The notes under the pieces: generated by a model
The model's input: the letters and a program-made list of their open reading frames with translations, nothing else
Told to the model about the DNA's origin: nothing
Databases searched by the model: none
Translations under genes and position numbers: made by a program
Assembly: GCA_022703375.1 (NCBI GenBank)
Contig: JAKLDS010000003.1
Location: 7,171 to 71,170 of the forward strand
Source of the DNA: Deltaproteobacteria bacterium
GTDB taxonomy: Bacteria; Desulfobacterota; Syntrophia; Syntrophales; Smithellaceae
Reading direction: 5' to 3'
DNA length: 64,000 nucleotides
Part shown: positions 11,004-20,904 of the stretch, piece by piece
How the letters are laid out: each line of letters opens with the position of its first letter
Position numbering within the stretch: the first letter of the stretch is position 1

Positions 11004-12275
11004 CTAGGAGGGGCTTTTAAGTTGAATGTGCCCGGCGTCTTTCGGCGAGCGTCGGCGTAAATAGACAACAGCTCCAGCAATGCAGCAGAGCCCTCCTGTC
11101 AGTAAAGTCGCCTCCATGCCAATCAGCCCTGCCAGAAATCCCATCAGCAGGCTGCCGATGGCACTCATGCCGATAACAGCAACGGCAAAAAAGCCGATAA
11201 CGCGTCCGCGTTTGTTATCATCGGCCGTCGTTTGCAGCACCGTATTGCTTGCCGCCACCTGCATCATCATCGCCAGCCCGATTGCAAATAACAGCAGGTA
11301 GGGCAATAAGGAAAAATGAAAGACGGACAGACCGATAAGACCGGCGCCGAAAACACCGGCGGCCAGCGGAATTAATGTTTTTAAAATGCCGATACTGCTG
11401 CGGGATGCCAGATAAATCGCTCCCGTCACCGCGCCTGCTCCCACCGCTGACATTAAAAACCCCAGCGTATGCGGGCCGCCCTGAAGAATATCTTTGGCGT
11501 AAGCGGGCAGCAGAACCATAAAGGATGTTCCCATCATGCTGGTGAGCGAAAGTAAAATAAGTATCCGTTTGATTATTTTGTGGCGGAAGGAATAAGAGAG
11601 CCCCTCTTTCAATTCACGAATGATATTAAAATCGGCAATTTCACACCGGACGAAGGCTATGTCCATCATCAAGAGGGCGGCTATCGGCGCGGCATAGCTT
11701 ACGCCGTTGACTAAAAAACAAATCCCCTCGCCCGTGAGCGCGATTAAGATGCCGGCGACGGAGGGTCCGATAAAACGTGTGCCGTTGAACATGGCGGAAT
11801 TGAGCGCAATGGCATTGAGTAAATCTTCGCGTTTGTCAATCAATTGAATTATGTAGGATTGCCGGGCCGGGATTTCCACCGCGTTGACAATGCCGGCAAA
11901 CAGGCTCAGTGCGATAATATGCCAGACGGCAATATTTTCCGTCAGGACTAAAGCCGCAAGCAGCAGCGCCTGCAGCATGAATAAAATTTGCATCAGCAGT
12001 AAAATCCGGCGCTTGTTAAATCTGTCGGAGATAACTCCGGCAAAGGGCGAGATTAAAAAAATGGGCATCTGGCTTAAAAAACCGACAATGCCCAGCAGGA
12101 AGGCCGACTGAGTCATCTGGTAAACAAGCCAGCCCAGCGCGACCTGCTGCATCCAAGTGCCGGTCAGAGACACTATCTGCCCCAGGTAAAAAAGACGGAA
12201 GTTGCGGTATTTTAAAGCCCGGAAGACGATTTTCCATCCCTGCGGCCAACCGGTAATTGTTTCTCTGACATTCAC
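11004..12275 (-). CDS. MFS transporter (EntS/MFS_3-like, 12 TM)
   Basis: 423-aa polytopic protein with an MFS-like N-terminus (FRALKYRNFRLFYLGQIVSLTGTWMQ). Substrate unknown. Confidence 0.75.
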   Translation of the reverse strand: MNVRETITGWPQGWKIVFRALKYRNFRLFYLGQIVSLTGTWMQQVALGWLVYQMTQSAFLLGIVGFLSQMPIFLISPFAGVISDRFNKRRILLLMQILFMLQALLLAALVLTENIAVWHIIALSLFAGIVNAVEIPARQSYIIQLIDKREDLLNAIALNSAMFNGTRFIGPSVAGILIALTGEGICFLVNGVSYAAPIAALLMMDIAFVRCEIADFNIIRELKEGLSYSFRHKIIKRILILLSLTSMMGTSFMVLLPAYAKDILQGGPHTLGFLMSAVGAGAVTGAIYLASRSSIGILKTLIPLAAGVFGAGLIGLSVFHFSLLPYLLLFAIGLAMMMQVAASNTVLQTTADDNKRGRVIGFFAVAVIGMSAIGSLLMGFLAGLIGMEATLLTGGLCCIAGAVVYLRRRSPKDAGHIQLKSPS

Positions 12276-12336
12276 CTGAATATTTCCTTAATGAGACTCG
12301 AATTCCGCAAGCGTAGCACACAACCTAATAACCTAA

Positions 12337-12353
12337 AGGTCACGCGAGGTCAC
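12337..12353. promoter_or_regulatory. Direct repeat AGGTCAC-N3-AGGTCAC (10-bp phasing), candidate regulator binding site
   Basis: Two exact heptamers at 12337..12343 and 12347..12353. They lie inside the 9-bp inverted repeat CGAATTCCG (12299..12307) / CGGAATTCG (12358..12366), in the divergent spacer between the MFS gene and the repeat-protein gene. Confidence 0.3.
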
Positions 12354-12728
12354 AAGTCGGAATTCGTTAGTCGAATTAATGAAACTCAAATTCCAATATC
12401 AAAGATAATTGGAATTTGTAAGTTGAATTATCCTGCCGCAGGCAGGGTATCCCCGAGGCGAAGCCGAGTGGGATTTTGGGTCTAATTCCCCGCCCCTTGG
12501 GGCGAGATTTCCTTTGGATACCCAGCTGCTTGCGGCGGGGTAGTTCATTTTGTTTATGTTTAATATCTTAACGTAATAACTGCAAGGCCATTTATAATCT
12601 AATTTTTTGTGGAAAATTGCAAATTAAGGAGTAAAATAAATCTCATCTGGGGAGCAGTGAAAAGCCATGAAGGCAAAACGTTCAGCTTTTCCGGCTGCAG
12701 ATTACTGTCTGAAAATCAGGAGAATAAT

Positions 12729-15700
12729 ATGGCAACTATAAGAAAATCATCCCGGGTTGTTTTTATTGCCTTTATTTTTATTTTCAGTATTTCGGCAGCG
12801 GTATGCACAGCGGCGCCGTTGAAGCAGGATGCAGAAAATGCCCTGAAAAAAGGACTGGCGGCGATTGAACAGAAAGAATGGCCGCTGGCCATCCGTTATC
12901 TGGAGGAAGCGCGAAAAATTGAGCCCAACGATCCGGAAATTATTTTCAATCTGGGGCTCGCGGAATCTAAAATCTCGGGCCATGAAATGCGCGCCATAGC
13001 TTTCTCTAAAATGTATCTGGCGGCTGATTCCAACGCCGCCCATGCCGGTGTTGCCAAAGAGCAGATTGTCAACATGGAAGTAAAAATTGAAGTCATGATG
13101 AATAAAACTCTGTCGCAGGCGCAGTCAATGGTTCCGCAGTTTTCCGGCGACTATGAAAAGTGGAGCGCCATCTCCAAAATTGGCGTGGCTCAGGCGAAAT
13201 CCGGCGACTTAAGCGGCGCCAAACAGACAGCCCTGCAATTGCCCGGCAAGGCTGATTCGCAAATCGCCTATATCGCCAAAGCGGTTGCCGAAGCGGGCGA
13301 TATTACGCTGGGCAAGGAAATTCTCGGGCGAATTGAAGGCGCTGTCTGGAGATCACATGTCTATCAGGAAATTGCCGTCCTGCAGGCCAATGCCGGAGAC
13401 ATTGCCGGCGCTCAGTACACATTGAGTTATGCCACATACCCCGGCTACAAGCATAATGGTCTTATCGCCATTGCCAGAGCGCAGGCCAAAGCGGGCAAAG
13501 ACAGGGAGGCAAAGCAGACATTAATTTCGGCGATTGATTCCATCACGGCTAATACACAGAGTTACGATAAGGCCCATTGCTCCGAGTACCACTCCGTCGG
13601 CAAAGCGCAAAATGAAATCGGCGATTTTGAAGGAGCGCTGCAAACCGCCAATATGATTAATCAGGCGGATAAGAGCATCTTTGATTACAAGGCCAACCTT
13701 ATTACCGACATCGGACAAGCTGTGCTGAAGAGTTTCGAGGAAAAATTCAAGGCGGGCGATATCAAGGCGGCGACGAAACTGGCCATCAGAAATCCGCACC
13801 GCTATTCGAAATATTCCGCCATGCTGAAGCTGAAACATTTTGATATCTGCGCTGACCTGATTGACCTGTATGATAATTCCTATCGATGGAAATTTGAGCT
13901 TTACGGCAGGCTGATTACGGCCATGCTTGAGGATAAAAAACCCGATATGGCCAAAGAAATCGCCGTCAAAGCGAAAGAGAGCCTCAATCAGATGGACCCC
14001 TACACGATAACCGTTTTTATCGAGGCATTGCTGAAGCTCAACGATCTCGACGGCGTCCGTCGTGCCATTCCGCGCATTCCCAAAGATTCCTGGAGCAAAA
14101 ACTCCATCATGGTCAGCTATGCCAAAGCGCTGGCCAACGCGGGCGATATCGGGGCAGCCAGACAGGCCGCCGCGGAAATGAAGGACGGTTATGAAAAAAA
14201 CGGTATTCTGGAAAACATCGTCGCCTACCAGTTGAAAAATTCGGATTTGCCGGGAGCGGCGGAAACCGCAAAGATGATTTCCGATGAATATTACAAGTCC
14301 GGCGCGCTCAATAAAATAATTGATAAATATCTGGCTGACAATAATTACAACGCAGCGATGCGCACCATCAATTTGCTGCCCAATGAAGCAAAAAAGGGCG
14401 CGGCGTTGAAAACCATTGCCGGAAATCATGCCAAGGACGGTAATTTTGAAGAAGCGCTGCGGATAGCGGAGCTCATCAAAGATACCGCTGCCTTAAGTGA
14501 CGCCTATAAAGATATTGCTTATCAGCAAATGCAGGCCGGCGATTTTAAGGGCGCCCGGAAATCCTCCGAGTTGATTCCCAAAACGGACAAAAAAATTGAA
14601 TCCTATATAAATATTATCAGTTATCTTTACAGCAGCGGCTATCGCAAAGCAATCCATGATAATATCGCCACTATCCGTTCCCTGATAGAAAGCATGAGCG
14701 ATTCGCGCGAGCAGGCGCAATTTTACGGCAAGCTCGTCTATTATATTTATTATTATTCAGATACAACAGCCGATAATCAAAAATTAATGGAGCTGGCCGC
14801 GGAAAAGGCGGCAGCCGTCGCCGACGCGCAGAAAAGATCGGAATTGTATACCGGTTATGACGGCCTTTACGAAAATTACCGGAGAACAGGAAATTATACT
14901 GCTGCCCGCGAAGCGTTCTGGTCGGCCCTCGATGCCGCCAGCCTGATAAAAAGCGGCAGCTGGGAGAAAAAATACCGGTACAGTTCGCTGTCATCCTTGC
15001 AAGTGACGGCCGGAGATTTCCTGGGAGCCCGGCGAACAGCCGATGCGATGGAAGATAATGATTACCGGGAAGGCGCGCTGGCCGCGATAGCCAAGGCAAA
15101 GGTCGGTTACGGCGATTTCCGGCAGGCGGAGGAAGCAATGAACGAAATATCCTCAGCCAATAAAAAAGATGAGATTCGCCTCGAAATATTGAAAAAGCAG
15201 GCGGAAGGCGGGAAAATCGCCGACGCCAACAAAACTCTCGCGCTGATTGTCAATAAGAGCACTAAAGATAGCGCCGGCGAACATATTGCTATTGCTTATC
15301 TCAAGGCCGGCAATAAGGAAGCGGCCAAAGCCATCCTCGCGAAACTGCCGGGAGATCCCGGCTATAAAATCTTTGAAGAAATGACCAAAGCCGGTGAAAT
15401 GGCCTGGGCATATCAGGCCTTTGCCAATTTGAAAAGCGATTCATGGAAGCAATATTTTTTGAAGTACATCACGCAGGCGGAAGCAAAGAGAGGCAACATC
15501 ATTGCCGCTAAAAAGGCGGCGGAACAAATCACCGACAAATGGCATCAGACCGAAGCCTATGAAGCTGTCGCGGAGGCGGGCGATGTCAGGTGGGCGCTGG
15601 GAAAAGCCGGCGAAATTAAAGACGGTTATTACCGGGTTGCGGCCAAATCACGCATAGCCAAAATGTTATTCAAAAAAGGCAATGCTGCCAGAGCGAAGGA

Positions 15701-16778
15701 AATAGCCAATGAACTGAGAAAAATGAAAATGACCACGAGCAATCGCCTTTATTACGTTGTCAATTTACTATCGGAAATGGGTGAAACAGCAGCGGCCAGA
15801 GAACAACTCCTTCTTATCCATCCGCAGGATGACGAATTTGAATCCTGGGCGGCCTATACAATGGCCGGCTATGTGCCGGAAAATTTAAAAAAACAGGCCA
15901 TAGAAAAAATCAACGATAACTTCTGGAAATCAAAAATTCTCCACAGCCGCGCATTATACCCGCCCAAGGATAAAAAAGATAAAGAAGCGCAAATGAGAGA
16001 ATTCGCCGCAGCTATTCCGGATTTGCATCAGAGAAATCTGGTTTATCTGGAACTGGCGCGCAGGGATGCCAGGGAAGGCAACTTCAATGCGGCTCTTGAT
16101 TGGGCAGGAATGCTTGCCGACAATAATTTTAAACTGCTGGCCATTAGTGAAATAACTTACCACTCCGTCAACAGAGGCGGCCTGCATATGGTTATTCCAA
16201 AACTGAATGCGCTGCCGGACTCCCTGGGGAAAGCTTATATTATAATAGATGCGGCCAATGCGCTGGCGCAGCAGGGAAAGCCGCAGGAGGCCACAACGCT
16301 TCTGAACGTCGGCGTTTCGCTGGTTAACGCTGAGCCTGATAAATACTGGAAAGCCCGGGCGCTGATGGAAATAAGCAGAATTGCGGCGGTGGCCCGCGAT
16401 GAGAAAACTGCCGCCGACACAAAAAGCCTGGCGGAGCAGACCGCCGGCCGCCTCAAAGAAAAAGAAAAGCAGTCATGGCTGGACTTTATTGCCCAATCAG
16501 GCGCCCGGATTCAGCAGATTGCCACAGGAAAGCCGGCGGTAAAAGGGGACATCGCTCAGCAAAATAAAGACAGAGAGGCCATTAACAAAAAGCTTGAGAA
16601 ATGGAGATATCTTTTGAATTATGAACTTGCGAAGCCGATGTTTCTGGACATACAGAGTCATCTCCAGGCGGTGAACGCTAAAACAAAGCCGTGGGATGTG
16701 TTCAGCGGCTTGATTGAAATTGTGGAAACGAACGCGGAAACACTCAAAAAGATGAAAGCGCTGGAAGCGGAAAAATAG
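12729..16778 (+). CDS. Giant exported helical-repeat protein (TPR/PPR-like degenerate 31-35 aa repeats), function unknown
   Basis: ATG at 12729 lies 6 nt after AGGAG. Signal peptide MATIRKSSRVVFIAFIFIFSISAAVCTAAP. About 20 copies of a motif like IAxAQAKAGDxxGAxxTAxxI (KSGDLSGAKQTA, NAGDIAGAQYTL, NAGDIGAARQAA, QAGDFKGARKSS, TAGDFLGARRTA, GYGDFRQAEEAM and others). Confidence 0.8.
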   Translation: MATIRKSSRVVFIAFIFIFSISAAVCTAAPLKQDAENALKKGLAAIEQKEWPLAIRYLEEARKIEPNDPEIIFNLGLAESKISGHEMRAIAFSKMYLAADSNAAHAGVAKEQIVNMEVKIEVMMNKTLSQAQSMVPQFSGDYEKWSAISKIGVAQAKSGDLSGAKQTALQLPGKADSQIAYIAKAVAEAGDITLGKEILGRIEGAVWRSHVYQEIAVLQANAGDIAGAQYTLSYATYPGYKHNGLIAIARAQAKAGKDREAKQTLISAIDSITANTQSYDKAHCSEYHSVGKAQNEIGDFEGALQTANMINQADKSIFDYKANLITDIGQAVLKSFEEKFKAGDIKAATKLAIRNPHRYSKYSAMLKLKHFDICADLIDLYDNSYRWKFELYGRLITAMLEDKKPDMAKEIAVKAKESLNQMDPYTITVFIEALLKLNDLDGVRRAIPRIPKDSWSKNSIMVSYAKALANAGDIGAARQAAAEMKDGYEKNGILENIVAYQLKNSDLPGAAETAKMISDEYYKSGALNKIIDKYLADNNYNAAMRTINLLPNEAKKGAALKTIAGNHAKDGNFEEALRIAELIKDTAALSDAYKDIAYQQMQAGDFKGARKSSELIPKTDKKIESYINIISYLYSSGYRKAIHDNIATIRSLIESMSDSREQAQFYGKLVYYIYYYSDTTADNQKLMELAAEKAAAVADAQKRSELYTGYDGLYENYRRTGNYTAAREAFWSALDAASLIKSGSWEKKYRYSSLSSLQVTAGDFLGARRTADAMEDNDYREGALAAIAKAKVGYGDFRQAEEAMNEISSANKKDEIRLEILKKQAEGGKIADANKTLALIVNKSTKDSAGEHIAIAYLKAGNKEAAKAILAKLPGDPGYKIFEEMTKAGEMAWAYQAFANLKSDSWKQYFLKYITQAEAKRGNIIAAKKAAEQITDKWHQTEAYEAVAEAGDVRWALGKAGEIKDGYYRVAAKSRIAKMLFKKGNAARAKEIANELRKMKMTTSNRLYYVVNLLSEMGETAAAREQLLLIHPQDDEFESWAAYTMAGYVPENLKKQAIEKINDNFWKSKILHSRALYPPKDKKDKEAQMREFAAAIPDLHQRNLVYLELARRDAREGNFNAALDWAGMLADNNFKLLAISEITYHSVNRGGLHMVIPKLNALPDSLGKAYIIIDAANALAQQGKPQEATTLLNVGVSLVNAEPDKYWKARALMEISRIAAVARDEKTAADTKSLAEQTAGRLKEKEKQSWLDFIAQSGARIQQIATGKPAVKGDIAQQNKDREAINKKLEKWRYLLNYELAKPMFLDIQSHLQAVNAKTKPWDVFSGLIEIVETNAETLKKMKALEAEK

Positions 16779-16784
16779 GACGAA

Positions 16785-18008
16785 ATGCACAAACCGGAAT
16801 TACTGATTCCCGCCGGCAATCTGGAAAAATTGCGCACGGCTTTGCTTTATGGAGCCGACGCTGTCTATATCGGAGCCGCCGGTTTGAGTCTGCGCGGCGC
16901 ATCCGCCGAAATGACGATTGACGATATCGCTGACGGTGTTGCCGAGGCGCACCGCCGCAGTGTCCGCGTTTATGCCGCCCTCAATACCTTTGCCCGCGAT
17001 GCCGATTTGCAATATGCCGCGGCAATCGTTCCCGATCTGGCGGCTGCCGGAATTGACGCGGCCATTGTCAGTGATCCGGGAATGCTGCGGCTGATTCGTG
17101 GACTCGCCCCCAATCTTGAACTTCATTTAAGCACCCAGGCGAACACGATGAACGTTGAAGCTGTCCGTTTCTGGCGGGAGCAGGGAGTGCAAAGGATTAT
17201 TCTGGCGCGGGAGTTGTCGTTACGGGAAGTGCGGCAGCTTGCCGCTGCCGTGCCCGAAGTGGAGTTGGAAATGTTTGTCCACGGCGCAATGTGTGTTTCC
17301 TATTCGGGGCGCTGTTATCTATCGGCCTCGCTTAATCGCCGGAGCGCCAATCAGGGAGATTGTTCCCAACCCTGCCGCTGGGAATACCGGCTTTACGAAA
17401 AAACGCGCCCTGCCGACCCGCTCATTCTGGAGGAAGATGAAAAATTCAGCTATTTATTGAGTTCAAAGGATTTATGTCTGATGGAACACCTGCCGGAGAT
17501 TGTGGCAACGGGAGTTGCCGCCCTGAAAATAGAAGGGCGAATGAAATCGTCATATTATGTGGCGGTGGTGACAAGAGCATATCGGCAGGCACTAGATGCG
17601 CTGGCGCAAAATCCGGAGAACTATTACTGCGCGACAGGCTGGCTTAAGGAACTGCAAAGCGTTTCCCATCGCGGCTATACGACGGGATTTGCCTTCTGCG
17701 AAGAAAAAATAAATGAAACCAGCCCCGCTGTTAAATATATCCAGAGCCATGAACCGGCGGGAATCGTCCTGGAATATGACGCCCGGCAAAAACAAGTTTT
17801 AATTGAAGCCCGTAATCATCTGCAGGCGGACGAAGAAGTGGAGCTGCTCCTGCCCGGCGAAGATATCGTAATGGATACCGCAATACTGAGCGCCCGGAGC
17901 GGTGAACACATCAAAGAAGTTCACAGCGGCAATTTATTTTACCTGCCGTTGGACAAGGATGTCCCGCCAGGCGCTCTGCTGCGGAAAAAAGGAATACCAC
18001 CATTATAG
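16785..18008 (+). CDS. Peptidase U32 family protein (collagenase-like; the family also includes RNA hydroxylases TrhP/RlhA)
   Basis: N-terminus KPELLIPAGNLEKLRTALLYGADAVYIG and a Cys-rich centre, typical of U32. Starts 6 nt after the repeat-protein stop. Confidence 0.85.
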   Translation: MHKPELLIPAGNLEKLRTALLYGADAVYIGAAGLSLRGASAEMTIDDIADGVAEAHRRSVRVYAALNTFARDADLQYAAAIVPDLAAAGIDAAIVSDPGMLRLIRGLAPNLELHLSTQANTMNVEAVRFWREQGVQRIILARELSLREVRQLAAAVPEVELEMFVHGAMCVSYSGRCYLSASLNRRSANQGDCSQPCRWEYRLYEKTRPADPLILEEDEKFSYLLSSKDLCLMEHLPEIVATGVAALKIEGRMKSSYYVAVVTRAYRQALDALAQNPENYYCATGWLKELQSVSHRGYTTGFAFCEEKINETSPAVKYIQSHEPAGIVLEYDARQKQVLIEARNHLQADEEVELLLPGEDIVMDTAILSARSGEHIKEVHSGNLFYLPLDKDVPPGALLRKKGIPPL

Positions 18009-18089
18009 ATAGAATGTTTACTTTTGGAAAAAACAGGCATATGTTATATGATGTTACCGGAATATCAGTCGGTATAAAGGACGAATTTT

Positions 18090-18476
18090 ATGAATGCAGA
18101 GATTAAAATATTGATAGTTGATGATTTTGCCTCTGTCCGGAAAATCATCAAGAATCAGCTCCGGCAGTTTGGCTTTTTGAATATTGCAGAAGCGGCAGAC
18201 GGCATAGCCGCATTGAATATAATAAAATCAGGAGAAATTGATTTAATTATTTCCGACTGGAATATGCCCAATATGTCGGGTCTGGAGCTGTTGAAGGCAG
18301 TAAGGTCTGATGAGACTTTCGGTAAAATTCCTTTTCTCATGCTTACGGTGGAATCGTCCCGGAAAAATATTCAGGAAGCTATCAAAGGTGGGGTGAGCAA
18401 TTATATCGCCAAGCCGTTTTCGCCGGAGACACTAAATGAAAAAATCACACAAATAATGGAAAAACAAGGTTTGTAG
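18090..18476 (+). CDS. cheY: CheY-like single-domain response regulator
   Basis: DD pair (LIVDDF), phospho-acceptor context ISDWNMPNMSG and conserved Lys in YIAKPF, all close to E. coli CheY. No cheA/cheW gene is nearby. Confidence 0.8.
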   Translation: MNAEIKILIVDDFASVRKIIKNQLRQFGFLNIAEAADGIAALNIIKSGEIDLIISDWNMPNMSGLELLKAVRSDETFGKIPFLMLTVESSRKNIQEAIKGGVSNYIAKPFSPETLNEKITQIMEKQGL

Positions 18477-18581
18477 CCGGCGAATCAGCAAGTACGTGAT
18501 GAAGGAATTGCTATTGCAGGGCAACGGCATCGTTGCTTTTGCCGGATGTAGCGGCAGACGGATAAGAAAGGTTTCAGCGGA

Positions 18582-20870
18582 ATGAATGGCAATCGGGAAA
18601 AAATTAAAACGTGGCATGAATATCTGGAAAGGATTATTTTCCCCCACTGGATATTCGATTCCGCTAATGTGGAAATCAGGCGGCGGGCGGTTATGGGCTT
18701 TTACAGCGCCGTTCTTGCCATCGTTATTCTTCTCGTTTTTGCCGTTGTCGCTGTTCTGCAAAATCGCTATGTTAATGCTCTTGTGGATTTTGGAATTGTG
18801 GCCGGCTTTATCTGTATCATGGTCTATTTCCGCCGGACAAAAATACCGGATACCGGTGTTTTCGATGCGGCCTTAACAATTATCGGTTTTTTTTCCATTT
18901 ATCTGTGCTTTTCCGGAGAGGCCGACAATTCATCTTTCCTCTGGATTTACACGTTTCCGCTGGCCGCCATGTTTCTGCTGGGATTGCGCCGGGGGACAAT
19001 TGCCACAGCGCTGTTCCTGCTGACGGTGTTAATCATTCTGCTGCTGGACGATTACATTCCCTATGTTGTCCATTTCCCCCTGAATCTGAAGCTGCGTCTG
19101 GTGCCTTCTCTTTTTGCAGTGGCGGCTCTTTCCTGCCTGTTCGAACAGAGCAGGCAAGTGGCCAGCCAGAAAATGAATCTGGCTTTAAGCGAGTTGGAAA
19201 AATCGAAAGAGATGATAGAGGAGCAGGTCCGCGAGCGCACCAGCCAGTTATTTGAGGCCAATGAGAAGCTTTTGCGGGAGATTGCCGAGCGTAAACAGGT
19301 GGTGGAAGCGTTGAAAAAAAGCGAAGAGCGTCTGCGCTTTGCTTTGGAAGGCGCCAACGATGGCCTGTGGGATGTGAATATGAGGACCAATGACGTTTTC
19401 ATCAGCCCCCGCGGCTGCGAGATACTGGGTTATCGTCCTGATGAAATGAAGGAACTGGCAAAAGCATGGAGCGATTTGGTGAACCCGGAGGATTTGCCGC
19501 GGACGATTGAACGCCTCAATGCCTATCTGGACGGGCATGTTCCTGTTTTTGAAGTTGAGCAGCGCTTGCGGCTGAAATCCGGTGATTGGAAATGGGTGCT
19601 ATCCCGGGGAAAAGTGGTGGAAAAGGACGAAAAAGGGTTACCCGTGAGGATGACAGGCACGCACACAGACATCTCCAAGAGAAAACAGGCGGAAGAAGAT
19701 AAAAACAAACTGGAAGAGCGTCTGCAGCGTTCCGAAAAGATGGAAACAATGGGTAAATTGGCCGGCGGCGTTGCGCACGACCTGAATAATGTTCTGGGTG
19801 TTCTGGTCGGCTACTCCGAATTGATGCTGCTGGAAATCCCGGAAGGCCATTCCCTGCGGCGGCATGTTGCCAATATCATGAATTCGGGCGAAAGGGCGGC
19901 GGCAATTATTAAGGATTTGCTGGCTTTGGCGCGCCGCGGCGTGGCTGTGGCGGAAGTTATCAATTTAAATAATGTTATTGAAAATTATTTGAATACCCCG
20001 GAATTTGAGGCCCTGAAGGCGCGCTATCCCCGGGTGAATTACCGGATAAATCTGGAAAGAAATTTATTGAATATCAAAGGATCTCCCGTGCACATCGGCA
20101 ATGCGATAATGAATCTGATTGTCAATGCTACGGAGGCCATAACTGAGCAGGGTGAGGTGAAAATAGTAACGGACAATCGCCATCTCGATAAACCTGTTTA
20201 TGCTTATGAAGAAATGGCGGCAGGTGATTATGCCGTTTTAACAGTTCGGGATAACGGTAAGGGTATTGCACAAAAAGATAGCGGAAAAATATTCGAGCCT
20301 TTTTACACAAAAAAGAATATGGGCAGAAGCGGAACAGGCTTGGGTCTGGCGGTTGTCTGGGGCACGGTCAAAGACCATCATGGTTATATAGACATCCAGA
20401 GCGAGGAAAACAAAGGAAGCTCTCTTTCACTGTATTTTCCGGTTACCAGAGCGCAAATAACGACGGAACGCCAGCATATCCCTGCGGAAATCTACCAGGG
20501 CAGGGGGGAAGCTCTGCTGATTGTTGATGATGTGAAAGAGCAAAGGGAACTTGCGGCGGCAATTCTCAACGGACTTGGTTATCATGCTGAAGTGGCTGCG
20601 AGCGGCGAGGAAGCTCTGGAGTATTTAAAACAGAACAAGGCCGACCTGCTGGTGCTGGACATGATCATGGATCCGGGCATTGACGGCCTTACGACATATG
20701 AAGGAGCGCTGAAAATAAATCCCCGGCAGAAAGCGATTATTGTCAGCGGCTTTTCGGAGACGGAAAGAGTCAGAAAGGCGCAGGAACTGGGCGCCGGTGA
20801 ATATGTCCTGAAACCTTATATTCGTGAACATCTCGGGCTGGCCGTCCGCCGGGAGCTGGATAGGAAATAA
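18582..20870 (+). CDS. Hybrid sensor histidine kinase (multi-TM N-terminus, coiled coil, PAS, HisKA, HATPase, C-terminal receiver)
   Basis: About 6 TM helices, a PAS region (LRFALEGANDGLWDVN), H-box GGVAHDLNNVL, G-boxes DNGKGI / GTGLGLA, and a receiver domain (LIVDD..VLDMIMDPGIDG..LKPY). Confidence 0.9.
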   Translation: MNGNREKIKTWHEYLERIIFPHWIFDSANVEIRRRAVMGFYSAVLAIVILLVFAVVAVLQNRYVNALVDFGIVAGFICIMVYFRRTKIPDTGVFDAALTIIGFFSIYLCFSGEADNSSFLWIYTFPLAAMFLLGLRRGTIATALFLLTVLIILLLDDYIPYVVHFPLNLKLRLVPSLFAVAALSCLFEQSRQVASQKMNLALSELEKSKEMIEEQVRERTSQLFEANEKLLREIAERKQVVEALKKSEERLRFALEGANDGLWDVNMRTNDVFISPRGCEILGYRPDEMKELAKAWSDLVNPEDLPRTIERLNAYLDGHVPVFEVEQRLRLKSGDWKWVLSRGKVVEKDEKGLPVRMTGTHTDISKRKQAEEDKNKLEERLQRSEKMETMGKLAGGVAHDLNNVLGVLVGYSELMLLEIPEGHSLRRHVANIMNSGERAAAIIKDLLALARRGVAVAEVINLNNVIENYLNTPEFEALKARYPRVNYRINLERNLLNIKGSPVHIGNAIMNLIVNATEAITEQGEVKIVTDNRHLDKPVYAYEEMAAGDYAVLTVRDNGKGIAQKDSGKIFEPFYTKKNMGRSGTGLGLAVVWGTVKDHHGYIDIQSEENKGSSLSLYFPVTRAQITTERQHIPAEIYQGRGEALLIVDDVKEQRELAAAILNGLGYHAEVAASGEEALEYLKQNKADLLVLDMIMDPGIDGLTTYEGALKINPRQKAIIVSGFSETERVRKAQELGAGEYVLKPYIREHLGLAVRRELDRK

Positions 20871-20904
20871 GTTTCGACTCCGCAGGAAAAGACGGACGAT
20901 TTTT

